Positions 38,006 through 46,817 of a stretch of 64,000 nucleotides of DNA are shown here, one piece after another; position 1 is the first letter of the stretch, and each line of letters starts with the position of its first letter. A model generated the notes under the pieces. The model did not search any database and was not told where the DNA came from. It was given only the letters and a program-made list of their open reading frames with translations. The position numbers and the translations under genes are program-made. The DNA lies in NCBI GenBank assembly GCA_045588675.1, contig JAZNER010000046.1, positions 44,550 through 108,549 on the forward strand, in the 5' to 3' direction. Source of the DNA: Eubacteriales bacterium (GTDB lineage Bacteria; Bacillota; Clostridia; Oscillospirales; CAG-272).

Positions 38006-38917
38006 ATGAATATTGGCAAAAAAATTAAAGACCTGAGAAGCGAAAAGCTTATGACACAATCAGAGCTTGCAGGTACAGAGATTACAAGAAATATGCTAAG
38101 CCAAATTGAAAACGGCACGGCGTTGCCGTCACTAGCGACTGTTAATTATTTGGCAGGAAGGCTTGGAGTTCCTGCGGGATATCTTTTATCTGAGGGAGAT
38201 GAAGAGTTCACTTACAAAAAGACAAATTTAATGAAGAATATTTTGCTTGCATATAAGAAAAAAAATTTTGAATTATGCCGTGAGATGTGCCTTACTTCAT
38301 TTGATAGCTTTGATGATGAGCTTGAATTGATTTTAACTGATTGCTGTCTTTATACAGCCGAGGAATACTTCAAAAGCGGTCAATTGCATAAGGCTTGCAA
38401 TTATCTTGATGAGGCAATATATCACTCGGATAGAACTATGTTTTCAACGCTTTTGCAGAGAAACAGTATATTTATTATGTTCTGTCTTCTGAAGGAAATC
38501 TCGCCCTCGCTTGACTCTAATGTAACCGATATAATAATTGGTGATGATTTGCTTTATCCGTCTATATATGAGAGTGTATTTTGCAAATATATCACTGTTA
38601 TTCTTGATGATACGAAATACAATATGTTTGCCCAAGAGGTTGAGAAGTATAAATTGCTCGTGAGCGACGAGGACAAGCTATTGCTTTTGCATCTGCGCGC
38701 CAGACAGTATATGAATAAAGGAGATTACAAAAACGCGATTGTTACATTGAATCAGGTAATTGACTCGGAAACGGTACCGCAAAGATTTCTTTTGTATCTT
38801 GCTTGCTCGGATATGGAGATCTGCTGTAAGCAAGTCGAGAACTATAAAGGTGCGTATGAATTTTCACAGCATAAGCTTGAGATTTTTGAGCATCTTCTTG
38901 CCGAGGACACCAATTGA
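38006..38917 (+). CDS. XRE-family HTH regulator with a TPR-like helical C-terminal domain (RRNPP-like architecture)
   Basis: 303 aa. N-terminal HTH IKDLRSEKLMTQSELAG...ITRNMLSQIENG. The remaining ~230 aa are helical repeats (e.g. ARQYMNKGDYKNAIVTLNQVI). Confidence 0.7.
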   Translation: MNIGKKIKDLRSEKLMTQSELAGTEITRNMLSQIENGTALPSLATVNYLAGRLGVPAGYLLSEGDEEFTYKKTNLMKNILLAYKKKNFELCREMCLTSFDSFDDELELILTDCCLYTAEEYFKSGQLHKACNYLDEAIYHSDRTMFSTLLQRNSIFIMFCLLKEISPSLDSNVTDIIIGDDLLYPSIYESVFCKYITVILDDTKYNMFAQEVEKYKLLVSDEDKLLLLHLRARQYMNKGDYKNAIVTLNQVIDSETVPQRFLLYLACSDMEICCKQVENYKGAYEFSQHKLEIFEHLLAEDTN

Positions 38918-38936
38918 GATTTAAGAGGAGAAGACA

Positions 38937-39488
38937 ATGAAACGTATTAAGGTAATCAATATAACTGCAATAATAATAGTGGTACTTATTCTTCTTACTT
39001 CGTGCTCCTATTTTGAAGATAATAACGGACATTTTGGCGGTGGAGAGCTTCTTGACTCCGAAAAAATGTCTGAAATAAAGGAAGAGCTTTTTAGTGACGA
39101 AGCTACTCAAAGCGAATTCACAGAAAATTCAGACGAAGGAAGCCACGAGTCCGAAGACTTCAGTACTGAAGAGGACGAACAAACTATTGAAGAAACAACA
39201 GATATAATAGAAGATAGCGAAATAGAAACTCAATCTGAAATAAATACCGAAACCAAAACTGAAACCGAAACTAAAACTGAAACTGAAACTGAAACCAAAA
39301 CCGAAACTAAATCAGAGAGCCTTGAAACGACTAATGAAGATATTGTTTATTGGCTTGAAAGCGGAAAGGTTTGGCACACAAAAAGAGAATGTTCTTACAT
39401 TGCTAAAAAGGAAAATATTAATTCCGGAAAGGTTGCTGACGCAATAGAGGCGGGAAAAGAAAAAGTATGTTCAAGATGCGATAAATAA
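38937..39488 (+). CDS. secreted lipoprotein with an acidic (TE/TK) repeat region and a Cys-containing C-terminal domain
   Basis: Signal peptide plus lipobox (VVLILLTSCSY). Highly acidic middle region with TETKTETETKTETETETKTETK. C-terminus is VYWLESGKVWHTKRECSYIAKK...KEKVCSRCDK. Confidence 0.55.
   Translation: MKRIKVINITAIIIVVLILLTSCSYFEDNNGHFGGGELLDSEKMSEIKEELFSDEATQSEFTENSDEGSHESEDFSTEEDEQTIEETTDIIEDSEIETQSEINTETKTETETKTETETETKTETKSESLETTNEDIVYWLESGKVWHTKRECSYIAKKENINSGKVADAIEAGKEKVCSRCDK
39244..39311 (+). repeat. in-frame hexanucleotide-type tandem repeat (ACYGAA/ACYAAA) encoding (T-E/T-K)n
   Basis: accgaaaccaaaactgaaaccgaaactaaaactgaaactgaaactgaaaccaaaaccgaaactaaa. Confidence 0.8.
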
Positions 39489-39586
39489 GAAAGTCGAATT
39501 ATAATATTTTTTCACAAAAATTCAATGTGAAAACTATATGAAATGTACAAAATTTTAAATTGAATTAAAATTTATCGTATATATGA

Positions 39587-39615
39587 TTGACAAAATATTC
39601 TTTTTATGCTATAAT
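39587..39615 (+). promoter_or_regulatory. consensus sigma-A promoter (extended -10)
   Basis: TTGACA (39587-39592), 17-nt spacer, TGcTATAAT (-10 at 39610-39615). It leaves a ~140-nt leader before the ATG at 39765. Confidence 0.6.
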
Positions 39616-39764
39616 GAGTACAACTTAAAAAAGTTATAAATTATATCGTATTTTTGATTAAAAAACACCTAAAGGCAAGGCTTTTGAATATGATGATAAT
39701 TTATGTAGGCATTTATGGTAAATCATTTGTTTTTTAGTGCCCTCGGGTACACAGAGGAGTTTAC

Positions 39765-40190
39765 ATGGAAATAGCAATAATAGCACACGATTTAAAAAAG
39801 GAACTTATCACACAATTTTGTATTGCTTATTGCGGTATTCTCAGCAAGCACAGTATTTGTGCGACAAGCAAAACCGCAAAGTATATATCTGAGGCCACCG
39901 GTTTAAAGATTGAAAAAATGCTTAGCGGTGACCAAGGCGGAGAGGAACAGATTGCTTCCCGAATAGCGTACAACGAAATTGATGTGTTGATATATTTCCG
40001 CGATACCCGCACAAAAGAAGATTACACCGAGCACGACAAAATAGAGCGTGAGCTCTTGCTTGCCTGTGACAGATATAATGTTCCTGTTGCAACCAATATT
40101 GCAACCGCAGAGGTTATTATTATGGCGCTTGACAGGGGCGACCTTGATTGGCGTGAGCTGGTAAATCCACAGTCCGCTTATCACGGATAA
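39765..40190 (+). CDS. mgsA: methylglyoxal synthase-like protein
   Basis: 141 aa. MEIAIIAHDLKKELI... (AHDxKK motif), SGDQGGEEQI (compare GPLGGDQQI) and NVPVATNIATAE (compare IPLATNxGTAE). Some active-site-region positions diverge (RDTRTKEDYTEHD). Confidence 0.6.
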   Translation: MEIAIIAHDLKKELITQFCIAYCGILSKHSICATSKTAKYISEATGLKIEKMLSGDQGGEEQIASRIAYNEIDVLIYFRDTRTKEDYTEHDKIERELLLACDRYNVPVATNIATAEVIIMALDRGDLDWRELVNPQSAYHG

Positions 40191-40204
40191 ATGCAAAAGA
40201 CAAG

Positions 40205-40376
40205 TTTTATACGATAGACATACACAGAGAGAAAACGTTTTGCTGAAAGTTTTTTATGTTTTTGTATAGGATACCACTTTTGTGTTCAATTCAATAATTG
40301 TATGAGTTAAAATCTCGGGTGGAACCGTGCATATGCACCCCGAACACAGTTTTTGTGTCGGGGTGTTATTTTTTGT
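40205..40376 (+). promoter_or_regulatory. T-box leader (tRNA-Thr-responsive transcription attenuator) for thrS
   Basis: AGAGA box at 40225-40229. Candidate specifier ACC (Thr) at 40273-40275, followed by A. T-box sequence AAATCTCGGGTGGAACCGTGC at 40309-40330. Terminator CACCCCGAACACA...TGTGTCGGGGTG (40336-40365), followed by TTATTTTTT. Confidence 0.8.
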
Positions 40377-40415
40377 TTATCAAATATCTTAAAATATAAA
40401 GAAAAAGGTGAAATT

Positions 40416-42356
40416 ATGAAGATTAATTTTGGTTCAAAGGTTTATGAAGCAAGTGCTCCTATGACTGTTTATGATGCTGCAAAGGAAGCATTTGGCAATG
40501 TTGAGAGAAGCGTGATTGCCGCTCTTGTAAACGGAGAAACTGTTGCATTGACATATACTCTTGAAGATGACGCAGATGTTAAATTGCTGACATTTGCCGA
40601 CAAAGAGGGCGCTCACGTGTTCAGACATACAGCTTCTCATATTTTGGCACAGGCCGTAAAAAGACTTTATCCCGCAACAAAGTTGACAATAGGTCCTGCT
40701 ATAGACGATGGATTTTATTATGATTTTGACAGTGATATTCCTTTCACTCCTGAGGTTCTCAAAGAGCTTGAGAGTGAAATGAAGAAAATTGTAAAAGAAA
40801 ACCACAAAATTGAGCGTTTTGAATTGCCGAGAGCAGAGGCGATTGCTCTTATGACCGAAAAGGAAGAGCCTTATAAGGTTCAACTTATCGAGGAGCTTCC
40901 CGAGGGAGAAGCAATAAGCTTTTACCGTCAGGGTGAATTTGTTGACCTCTGCGCAGGCCCTCACCTCTTTGCAACTGGCGCTGTGAAGGCGGTTAAGCTT
41001 ACACAGTGCACGGGAGCATATTGGAAGGGTGATCAAAACAACAAGCAGCTACAAAGAATTTACGGTCTTGCATTCCCATCAAAAGACGAGCTTAATAGCT
41101 ATGTTGAAATGCTTGAAGAGGCAAGAAAGCGTGACCACAATAAAATTGGACGAGAGCTTGAATATTTTACAACAGTTGCCTCAATAGGTCAGGGTCTGCC
41201 TATTATTCTTCCTAAGGGCTCTCGCGTAATTCAGACACTTCAGCGCTGGATTGAAGACGAGGAGCAGAGAAGAGGCTATCAGCTTACAAAAACTCCGCTT
41301 ATGGCTAAGCGTGACCTTTATAAGATTTCGGGGCACTGGGATCACTATCTTGACGGTATGTTTGTACTCGGCGACCCTTATGATGAAACAAAGGAGTGTT
41401 TTGCGCTCCGTCCTATGACCTGTCCTTTCCAGTACCAAGTATTCCTTAATAAAAAGCGTTCATACCGTGATTTGCCTATGCGTCTTGGCGAAACATCAAC
41501 TCTTTTCAGAAATGAGGATAGCGGAGAAATGCACGGTCTTATCCGTGTTCGTCAGTTTACTATTTCCGAGGGTCACCTCATACTCCGTCCCGAGCAGCTT
41601 GCGGAAGAGTTCAAGGGCTGTCTTGATTTGGCTCTCTATTGCCTTGATACACTTGGACTTCGCGAGGATTGCACCTTCCGCTTCTCACAGTGGGACCCCA
41701 AGCGTACCGACAAGTACGAGGGAACTCCTGAGCAGTGGGACGAGGCACAGGGAATTATGGAAAGGCTTCTTGACGAGAACCTTGGACGCGGTAACTACAC
41801 TATTGGTATAGACGAGGCGGCGTTCTACGGTCCTAAGCTTGATATTCAGTGCAAGAATGTATTTGGTAAGGAAGATACGCTCATTACAATTCAGATTGAT
41901 ATGCTTCTTGCAAAGAAGTTTGGCATGGAATATGTTGATGCCGATAATTCAATCAAAACTCCTTATATTATTCACCGTACGAGTATGGGCTGCTACGAGA
42001 GAACTTTGGCTCTTCTTCTTGAAAAGTATGCAGGTGCTCTTCCTACTTGGATGGCTCCCGTGCAGGTTAAGTTCTTGCCAATCGGCGACGATCAGGTTGC
42101 TTACTGTGACGAAATTGAGAGAAAGCTTTCAGCCCTCGGCGTAAGATGCGAGGTTGACCGTAGAAATGAAACGATCGGCTATAAGCTTCGTCAGGCGCAG
42201 CTTGAAAAGGTGCCTAATATGGTAGTTGTCGGAGCAAAAGAGGTTGAAGGTGGTACAGTTTCTGTTCGTTCCAGACGCGAGGGAGATAAGGGCAGTATGA
42301 GTGTTGATACATTTATTTCCGAGCTCTTGACTGAAATCGCAGAGAAGAGAAGATAA
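40416..42356 (+). CDS. thrS: threonine--tRNA ligase
   Basis: ATG at 40416 (MKINFGSKVYEA), 646 aa. TGS domain, second additional (editing) domain HTASHILAQA, and class II core motifs (FRNEDSGEMHGLIRVRQF, IHRTSMGCYER). The track start at 40353 lies inside the T-box terminator. Confidence 0.95.
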   Translation: MKINFGSKVYEASAPMTVYDAAKEAFGNVERSVIAALVNGETVALTYTLEDDADVKLLTFADKEGAHVFRHTASHILAQAVKRLYPATKLTIGPAIDDGFYYDFDSDIPFTPEVLKELESEMKKIVKENHKIERFELPRAEAIALMTEKEEPYKVQLIEELPEGEAISFYRQGEFVDLCAGPHLFATGAVKAVKLTQCTGAYWKGDQNNKQLQRIYGLAFPSKDELNSYVEMLEEARKRDHNKIGRELEYFTTVASIGQGLPIILPKGSRVIQTLQRWIEDEEQRRGYQLTKTPLMAKRDLYKISGHWDHYLDGMFVLGDPYDETKECFALRPMTCPFQYQVFLNKKRSYRDLPMRLGETSTLFRNEDSGEMHGLIRVRQFTISEGHLILRPEQLAEEFKGCLDLALYCLDTLGLREDCTFRFSQWDPKRTDKYEGTPEQWDEAQGIMERLLDENLGRGNYTIGIDEAAFYGPKLDIQCKNVFGKEDTLITIQIDMLLAKKFGMEYVDADNSIKTPYIIHRTSMGCYERTLALLLEKYAGALPTWMAPVQVKFLPIGDDQVAYCDEIERKLSALGVRCEVDRRNETIGYKLRQAQLEKVPNMVVVGAKEVEGGTVSVRSRREGDKGSMSVDTFISELLTEIAEKRR

Positions 42357-42386
42357 CCTTATTTTGACAATTTAAAATTTGCAGAT

Positions 42387-42417
42387 AAAGGAGCGCAATT
42401 TTGCGCTCCTTTATTTG
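42387..42417 (+). terminator. rho-independent terminator
   Basis: AAAGGAGCGCAA-tt-TTGCGCTCCTTT, followed by ATTTG. Confidence 0.8.
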
Positions 42418-42554
42418 TGCAGTAAAAAATTTAATAAAATTGTAAATTATAAGAAAATATTTACAAAAAACTGTTTACAAAAGAGTAAAAAAGTAGTAAA
42501 ATAAAGAGAGAAATATTATAATTATATAAATATACATATTTTAGGAGTTTTTCA

Positions 42555-43271
42555 ATGTCAAATCCTATCTACAAACGAGTTTTAATTAAGATTTCGGGCG
42601 AGGCTCTCGCTCACAACAGTAAAACCGATATTCTTGACTTTGATTTTATGGACAAGGTAGTCGAGTCTGTTGGAAAATGCCTGAAGGCAGGCGTTGAGGT
42701 TGCTATCATTGTCGGTGCCGGCAACATTTGGCGCGGCGCTCGCAAGGGTGTTGGTATGAACCGTGCCCGCGCTGATCATATGGGTATGCTTGCAACAGTT
42801 ATAAATTCGTTGGCTCTTCAAGATGCTTTTCTGAGAAACAACATTGATGCAAAAGTGCTCTCAAGCGTGGAAATGAACACATTTGCCGATTTCTATACTC
42901 AAAGAGATGCAGACAGGTATCTCTCAGAGGGCAAGGTTGTTATTTTCGGTGGCGGACTTGGAGCTCCATATTTCTCAACTGATACACCTGCGGTTGTAAG
43001 AGCTGCAGAGATTGGCGCAGATATAGTTCTTATGGCTAAAAATGTTGACGGTCTTTACACCGCTGACCCTAAGGTTGACCCAAATGCAAAGAGATATGAC
43101 GATGTCACTTATGCCGAAATTCTTGAAAAGAACTTAAAGGCGTTTGACCTCACCGCAATTTCGTTTTGCAATGAAAACAATATTGACTCATTTGCCTTCG
43201 CACTCTCCGAGCCCGATAATATTTACCGCGCCGTTATGGGTGAGGCAATCGGCACTAAAATGCATAAATAA
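42555..43271 (+). CDS. pyrH: UMP kinase
   Basis: 238 aa. YKRVLIKISGEAL and VGAGNIWRG are typical PyrH motifs. Confidence 0.95.
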   Translation: MSNPIYKRVLIKISGEALAHNSKTDILDFDFMDKVVESVGKCLKAGVEVAIIVGAGNIWRGARKGVGMNRARADHMGMLATVINSLALQDAFLRNNIDAKVLSSVEMNTFADFYTQRDADRYLSEGKVVIFGGGLGAPYFSTDTPAVVRAAEIGADIVLMAKNVDGLYTADPKVDPNAKRYDDVTYAEILEKNLKAFDLTAISFCNENNIDSFAFALSEPDNIYRAVMGEAIGTKMHK

Positions 43272-43298
43272 TCTTATACATTGAAAGGAATTCTTATT

Positions 43299-43853
43299 AT
43301 GAAGTACAACACAAAAGACCTTGAACAAAAAATGCAAAAATCCATTGAATCTTACGAGCAAAATATAGCTACAATTCGTGCAAGCCAGGCAAATCCCGCA
43401 GTTTTGTCCCGTGTAACCTTTGATTATTGGGGCTCGCCTGCCGAAATTACCGCTATGGCAAATGTAAGAGTTGCAGATGCAAAAACTCTTGAAATTATCC
43501 CTTATGATGCAAGCACACTTAAAGCTATGGAGAAGGCAATTTTTACATCTGACATTGGTATTACTCCCACTAACGACGGTAAGATTATTCGTCTTATTTT
43601 TCCGCAGCTTACCGAGGAGCGCCGCCGCGAGCTTGCCAAGCAGGTTCAAAAAATGGGAGAAGACGCTAAGGTTGCTATCAGAAATATCCGACGCACCGCC
43701 AATGATGATATTAAGAAACAAAAGAAGGACAATATTCTCACAGAGGATGATGTAAAGGATGCAGAAAAGGCTGTTCAAGACTTGACAGACAAGTTCATCA
43801 AGGTAATTGACACTATTACATCCGCTAAGGAAAAGGATATTATGAAGGTTTAA
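43299..43853 (+). CDS. frr: ribosome recycling factor
   Basis: ATG at 43299 follows GAAAGGAA, 184 aa. IRASQANPAVLSRV and LTEERRRELAKQV are typical RRF motifs. Confidence 0.95.
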   Translation: MKYNTKDLEQKMQKSIESYEQNIATIRASQANPAVLSRVTFDYWGSPAEITAMANVRVADAKTLEIIPYDASTLKAMEKAIFTSDIGITPTNDGKIIRLIFPQLTEERRRELAKQVQKMGEDAKVAIRNIRRTANDDIKKQKKDNILTEDDVKDAEKAVQDLTDKFIKVIDTITSAKEKDIMKV

Positions 43854-43888
43854 TCCTCATAATCCTAAATCCCAATTCGATAAGCTTT

Positions 43889-43920
43889 AAAGCGGAAGAC
43901 TATTGCTTCCGCTTTAATTT
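43889..43920 (+). terminator. rho-independent terminator or attenuator between frr and uppS
   Basis: AAAGCGGAAG-(7 nt)-CTTCCGCTTT, followed by AATTT. Confidence 0.65.
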
Positions 43921-43949
43921 CAATATAAGTATTTTCTGAGGGTAAGTTT

Positions 43950-44654
43950 ATGGCAGCTAATGGCAAAAATTATATGGTCGATGAGAAATTAAGGCACATA
44001 GCGTTTATTATGGACGGAAACGGCAGGTGGGCAAATGCCAGAAATATGCCAAGAGAGCATGGCCACAAATATGGCGCTCGGGTTTTTAAGAAGATAACCG
44101 AATATTGCCACAAAATAGGCATAAAATATATTACCGTTTATGCTTTTTCAACTGAAAATTGGAAACGGCCGAAAAAAGAGGTTGATGCAATTATGCGTTT
44201 GCTTGGCGAGTATCTTGATGAAAAGATGCCCGAAAACGCAACTGTTCGATTTATTGGTGACAAAACCCCTCTTGATGACAAGCTCAAGAGTAAGATGCTT
44301 AAGATTGAGAGCGAAACTGAGGGTTATGATTCGGTTTTGAATGTTGCGATTAACTACGGCTCGCGAGCCGAGCTTTTGAATGCTTATAACAAGCTTTTGT
44401 CAGAAGGGAAGACGGATGTTACAGAGGAGGATATAAGCTCCGCGCTCTATACATATCCGTGTCCCGACCCTGATTTGATTGTTCGCACGGGCGGAGATTT
44501 GAGAATTTCAAATTTTTTGCTATGGCAGGCGGCGTATTCCGAGCTGTATTTTACAGACACTCTTTGGCCCGATATGAAAAGTGATGATGTTGACCGAGCA
44601 ATTGAGGCGTTTTATTCCCGCAAGAGAAGGTTTGGCGGTCTTGATAAAAAATAA
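43950..44654 (+). CDS. uppS: isoprenyl transferase (undecaprenyl diphosphate synthase)
   Basis: 234 aa. HIAFIMDGNGRWA, YAFSTENWKRP and LIVRTGGDLRISNFLLWQAAYSELYF. Confidence 0.95.
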   Translation: MAANGKNYMVDEKLRHIAFIMDGNGRWANARNMPREHGHKYGARVFKKITEYCHKIGIKYITVYAFSTENWKRPKKEVDAIMRLLGEYLDEKMPENATVRFIGDKTPLDDKLKSKMLKIESETEGYDSVLNVAINYGSRAELLNAYNKLLSEGKTDVTEEDISSALYTYPCPDPDLIVRTGGDLRISNFLLWQAAYSELYFTDTLWPDMKSDDVDRAIEAFYSRKRRFGGLDKK

Positions 44655-44699
44655 TATAGTTTAACGATTTATTTAAATTTCCTTGAAAGGAATAAACTG

Positions 44700-45578
44700 A
44701 TGAAAACAAGAATTATAACAGCGATAGTTGCGCTTGCAATATTTATCCCAATACTTTGGTTCAGTAATACTTGGATTTTTCCGTTCGCAATGGCTTTGTG
44801 CGCCGTAATCGGTTGTTGTGAAATGCTTTTTAGTATTGGCTTAAAGAAAAATTGGTTTTTGATTATTCCAATCTCAGCAGCGGCGGTATTTTTCCCGTTT
44901 TTTATGAGATATAATTATCTCATGCAACAAAAGTCAATGAGCTATACAATGCCTGATGTATTCAAGCTTTCGATTGGTATTGCATTGATTTTTGCGCTTT
45001 ATGTGTTTGCTGTTGCGGTTTTCGGTAACAAAAAGCTTGCGGTAACTGACGCTTCTCTTGCATATATGGGATGCCTTTATATAATTTACGGCTTTTCTGC
45101 GATTGTATATATTCATGATTACATACATCTTGGAAATTATATTTACCTTTTGACATTTATTTGCGCGTGGCTTACTGATATTTTTGCCTACTTTACGGGT
45201 AGGCTATTTGGCAAGAGAAAGCTGATACCCGCAGTGAGCCCCAAGAAAACAGTTGAAGGCGCAATAGGTGGAGTTGTTTTTTGTGTTTTAGGACTTCTTG
45301 CTTTTGGACTTATAGTTGAAAAAGTCTTCAATCCGCAGGGAACAACTGATGCGAATTACATTGTTCTTGCGATAAGCGGAGTATTTATCTCGGTTGTTTC
45401 GCAAATCGGCGACCTTATTATGTCAGTAATAAAAAGACATTTTGGTATTAAGGATTACGGAAAATTGTTCCCTGGACACGGGGGAATACTTGACCGCTTT
45501 GACTCGGTAATTGCCGTTGCGGTTATTCTTGCATTTATTTGTACATACTTTAATCTTTTTGCGCCTATTGTCGCTTGA
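44700..45578 (+). CDS. cdsA: phosphatidate cytidylyltransferase
   Basis: 292 aa and polytopic. C-terminal signature SVIKRHFGIKDYGKLFPGHGGILDRFDS. Confidence 0.9.
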   Translation: MKTRIITAIVALAIFIPILWFSNTWIFPFAMALCAVIGCCEMLFSIGLKKNWFLIIPISAAAVFFPFFMRYNYLMQQKSMSYTMPDVFKLSIGIALIFALYVFAVAVFGNKKLAVTDASLAYMGCLYIIYGFSAIVYIHDYIHLGNYIYLLTFICAWLTDIFAYFTGRLFGKRKLIPAVSPKKTVEGAIGGVVFCVLGLLAFGLIVEKVFNPQGTTDANYIVLAISGVFISVVSQIGDLIMSVIKRHFGIKDYGKLFPGHGGILDRFDSVIAVAVILAFICTYFNLFAPIVA

Positions 45579-45602
45579 TTTTATTTTTGGAGATTTGGTT
45601 TT

Positions 45603-46781
45603 ATGGAAAACAACAATCCTAATATGATAATTCTCGGGTCAACAGGCTCTGTCGGCGAGCAGGCTATCGATGTTGCAAAAAAACTGAATGTTGGCGTTGA
45701 TGCAATTTCTGCTCACAAGAATGTCAAGCGTGTTGAACAGCAGGCTCGCCTGTTTGGCGTAAAGGCTTGCGCTATGAGTGATTTGACGGCGGCAAAGGAT
45801 TTAAAGGAACGCCTTTCTGATACAAGCATAAGGGTTTATAGCGGCACTGACGGAATTTGTGAGATGATTGAAAAAACTGATAGCGAAAACCCAAGCGGTC
45901 AGATAGTAGAAAACTCAATTGTAGGAGAGGCTGGACTTTTGCCCACGCTCACAACGCTTAAATGCGGAAAGAGATTGGCTCTTGCAAATAAAGAATCGCT
46001 CGTAGTCGGCGGTGAGCATGTTATGGCGGCCGCGAGAGAAAGCGGACACGAGATTTTACCCGTTGACAGCGAGCATTGTGCGATTTTTCAATGTCTGCGC
46101 GCGGGAAAGTCTAATGAAATTAAAAAAATTATACTTACAGCATCGGGCGGGCCGTTTTTCAATTATTCAAGCGAGGAACTATCACAGGTTACAGTAGAAA
46201 CTGCTCTTGCACATCCGACTTGGAAAATGGGACCTAAAATTACCATTGATAGCGCAACTCTTATGAATAAAGGCTTTGAGGTGATTGAGGCGGTGCATTT
46301 GTTTGGTGTCCGTCCCGAGCAGGTTCAGGTTACAGTTCACCCGGAGAGTATAATTCACTCGGCAGTGGAATATATTGATAATAGCGTTATTGCACAAATG
46401 TCGGTGCCTGATATGAGGCATTGTGTACAGTATGCGCTCTCATATCCAAATAGAATAGAGGCGGCAACAAAAGAGCTTGATTTGTTCTCTGTGGGCAATT
46501 TGAGATTTGCAAAGCCCGATACCGATAGTTTCCCCTTGCTCAAAGCGGCGTTTGATGCGATAGAGGCCGGCGGAGCATTGCCCGCAGTGCTCAATGCCGC
46601 AAACGAGGAAGCTGTTTCGGCTTTTCTTAATCATAAAATCAGATTTGTTGAGATTTTTGAAGTGGTTATCGGCACACTTGAAAAGCTTGATTTTGTTAAA
46701 AATATTCACTCGCTTGACGAAATTTTGAATTCTTCTCGTGAGGCAAGAAAAATTGCCGATGATTTGATTTTACAAATATAA
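45603..46781 (+). CDS. dxr: 1-deoxy-D-xylulose 5-phosphate reductoisomerase
   Basis: 392 aa. ILGSTGSVG, LANKESLV, PVDSEHCAIFQC and ILTASGGPF. Confidence 0.95.
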   Translation: MENNNPNMIILGSTGSVGEQAIDVAKKLNVGVDAISAHKNVKRVEQQARLFGVKACAMSDLTAAKDLKERLSDTSIRVYSGTDGICEMIEKTDSENPSGQIVENSIVGEAGLLPTLTTLKCGKRLALANKESLVVGGEHVMAAARESGHEILPVDSEHCAIFQCLRAGKSNEIKKIILTASGGPFFNYSSEELSQVTVETALAHPTWKMGPKITIDSATLMNKGFEVIEAVHLFGVRPEQVQVTVHPESIIHSAVEYIDNSVIAQMSVPDMRHCVQYALSYPNRIEAATKELDLFSVGNLRFAKPDTDSFPLLKAAFDAIEAGGALPAVLNAANEEAVSAFLNHKIRFVEIFEVVIGTLEKLDFVKNIHSLDEILNSSREARKIADDLILQI

Positions 46782-46817
46782 TTTTTCAATATTAACCGCA
46801 CGCGGTATGGAGGATTA

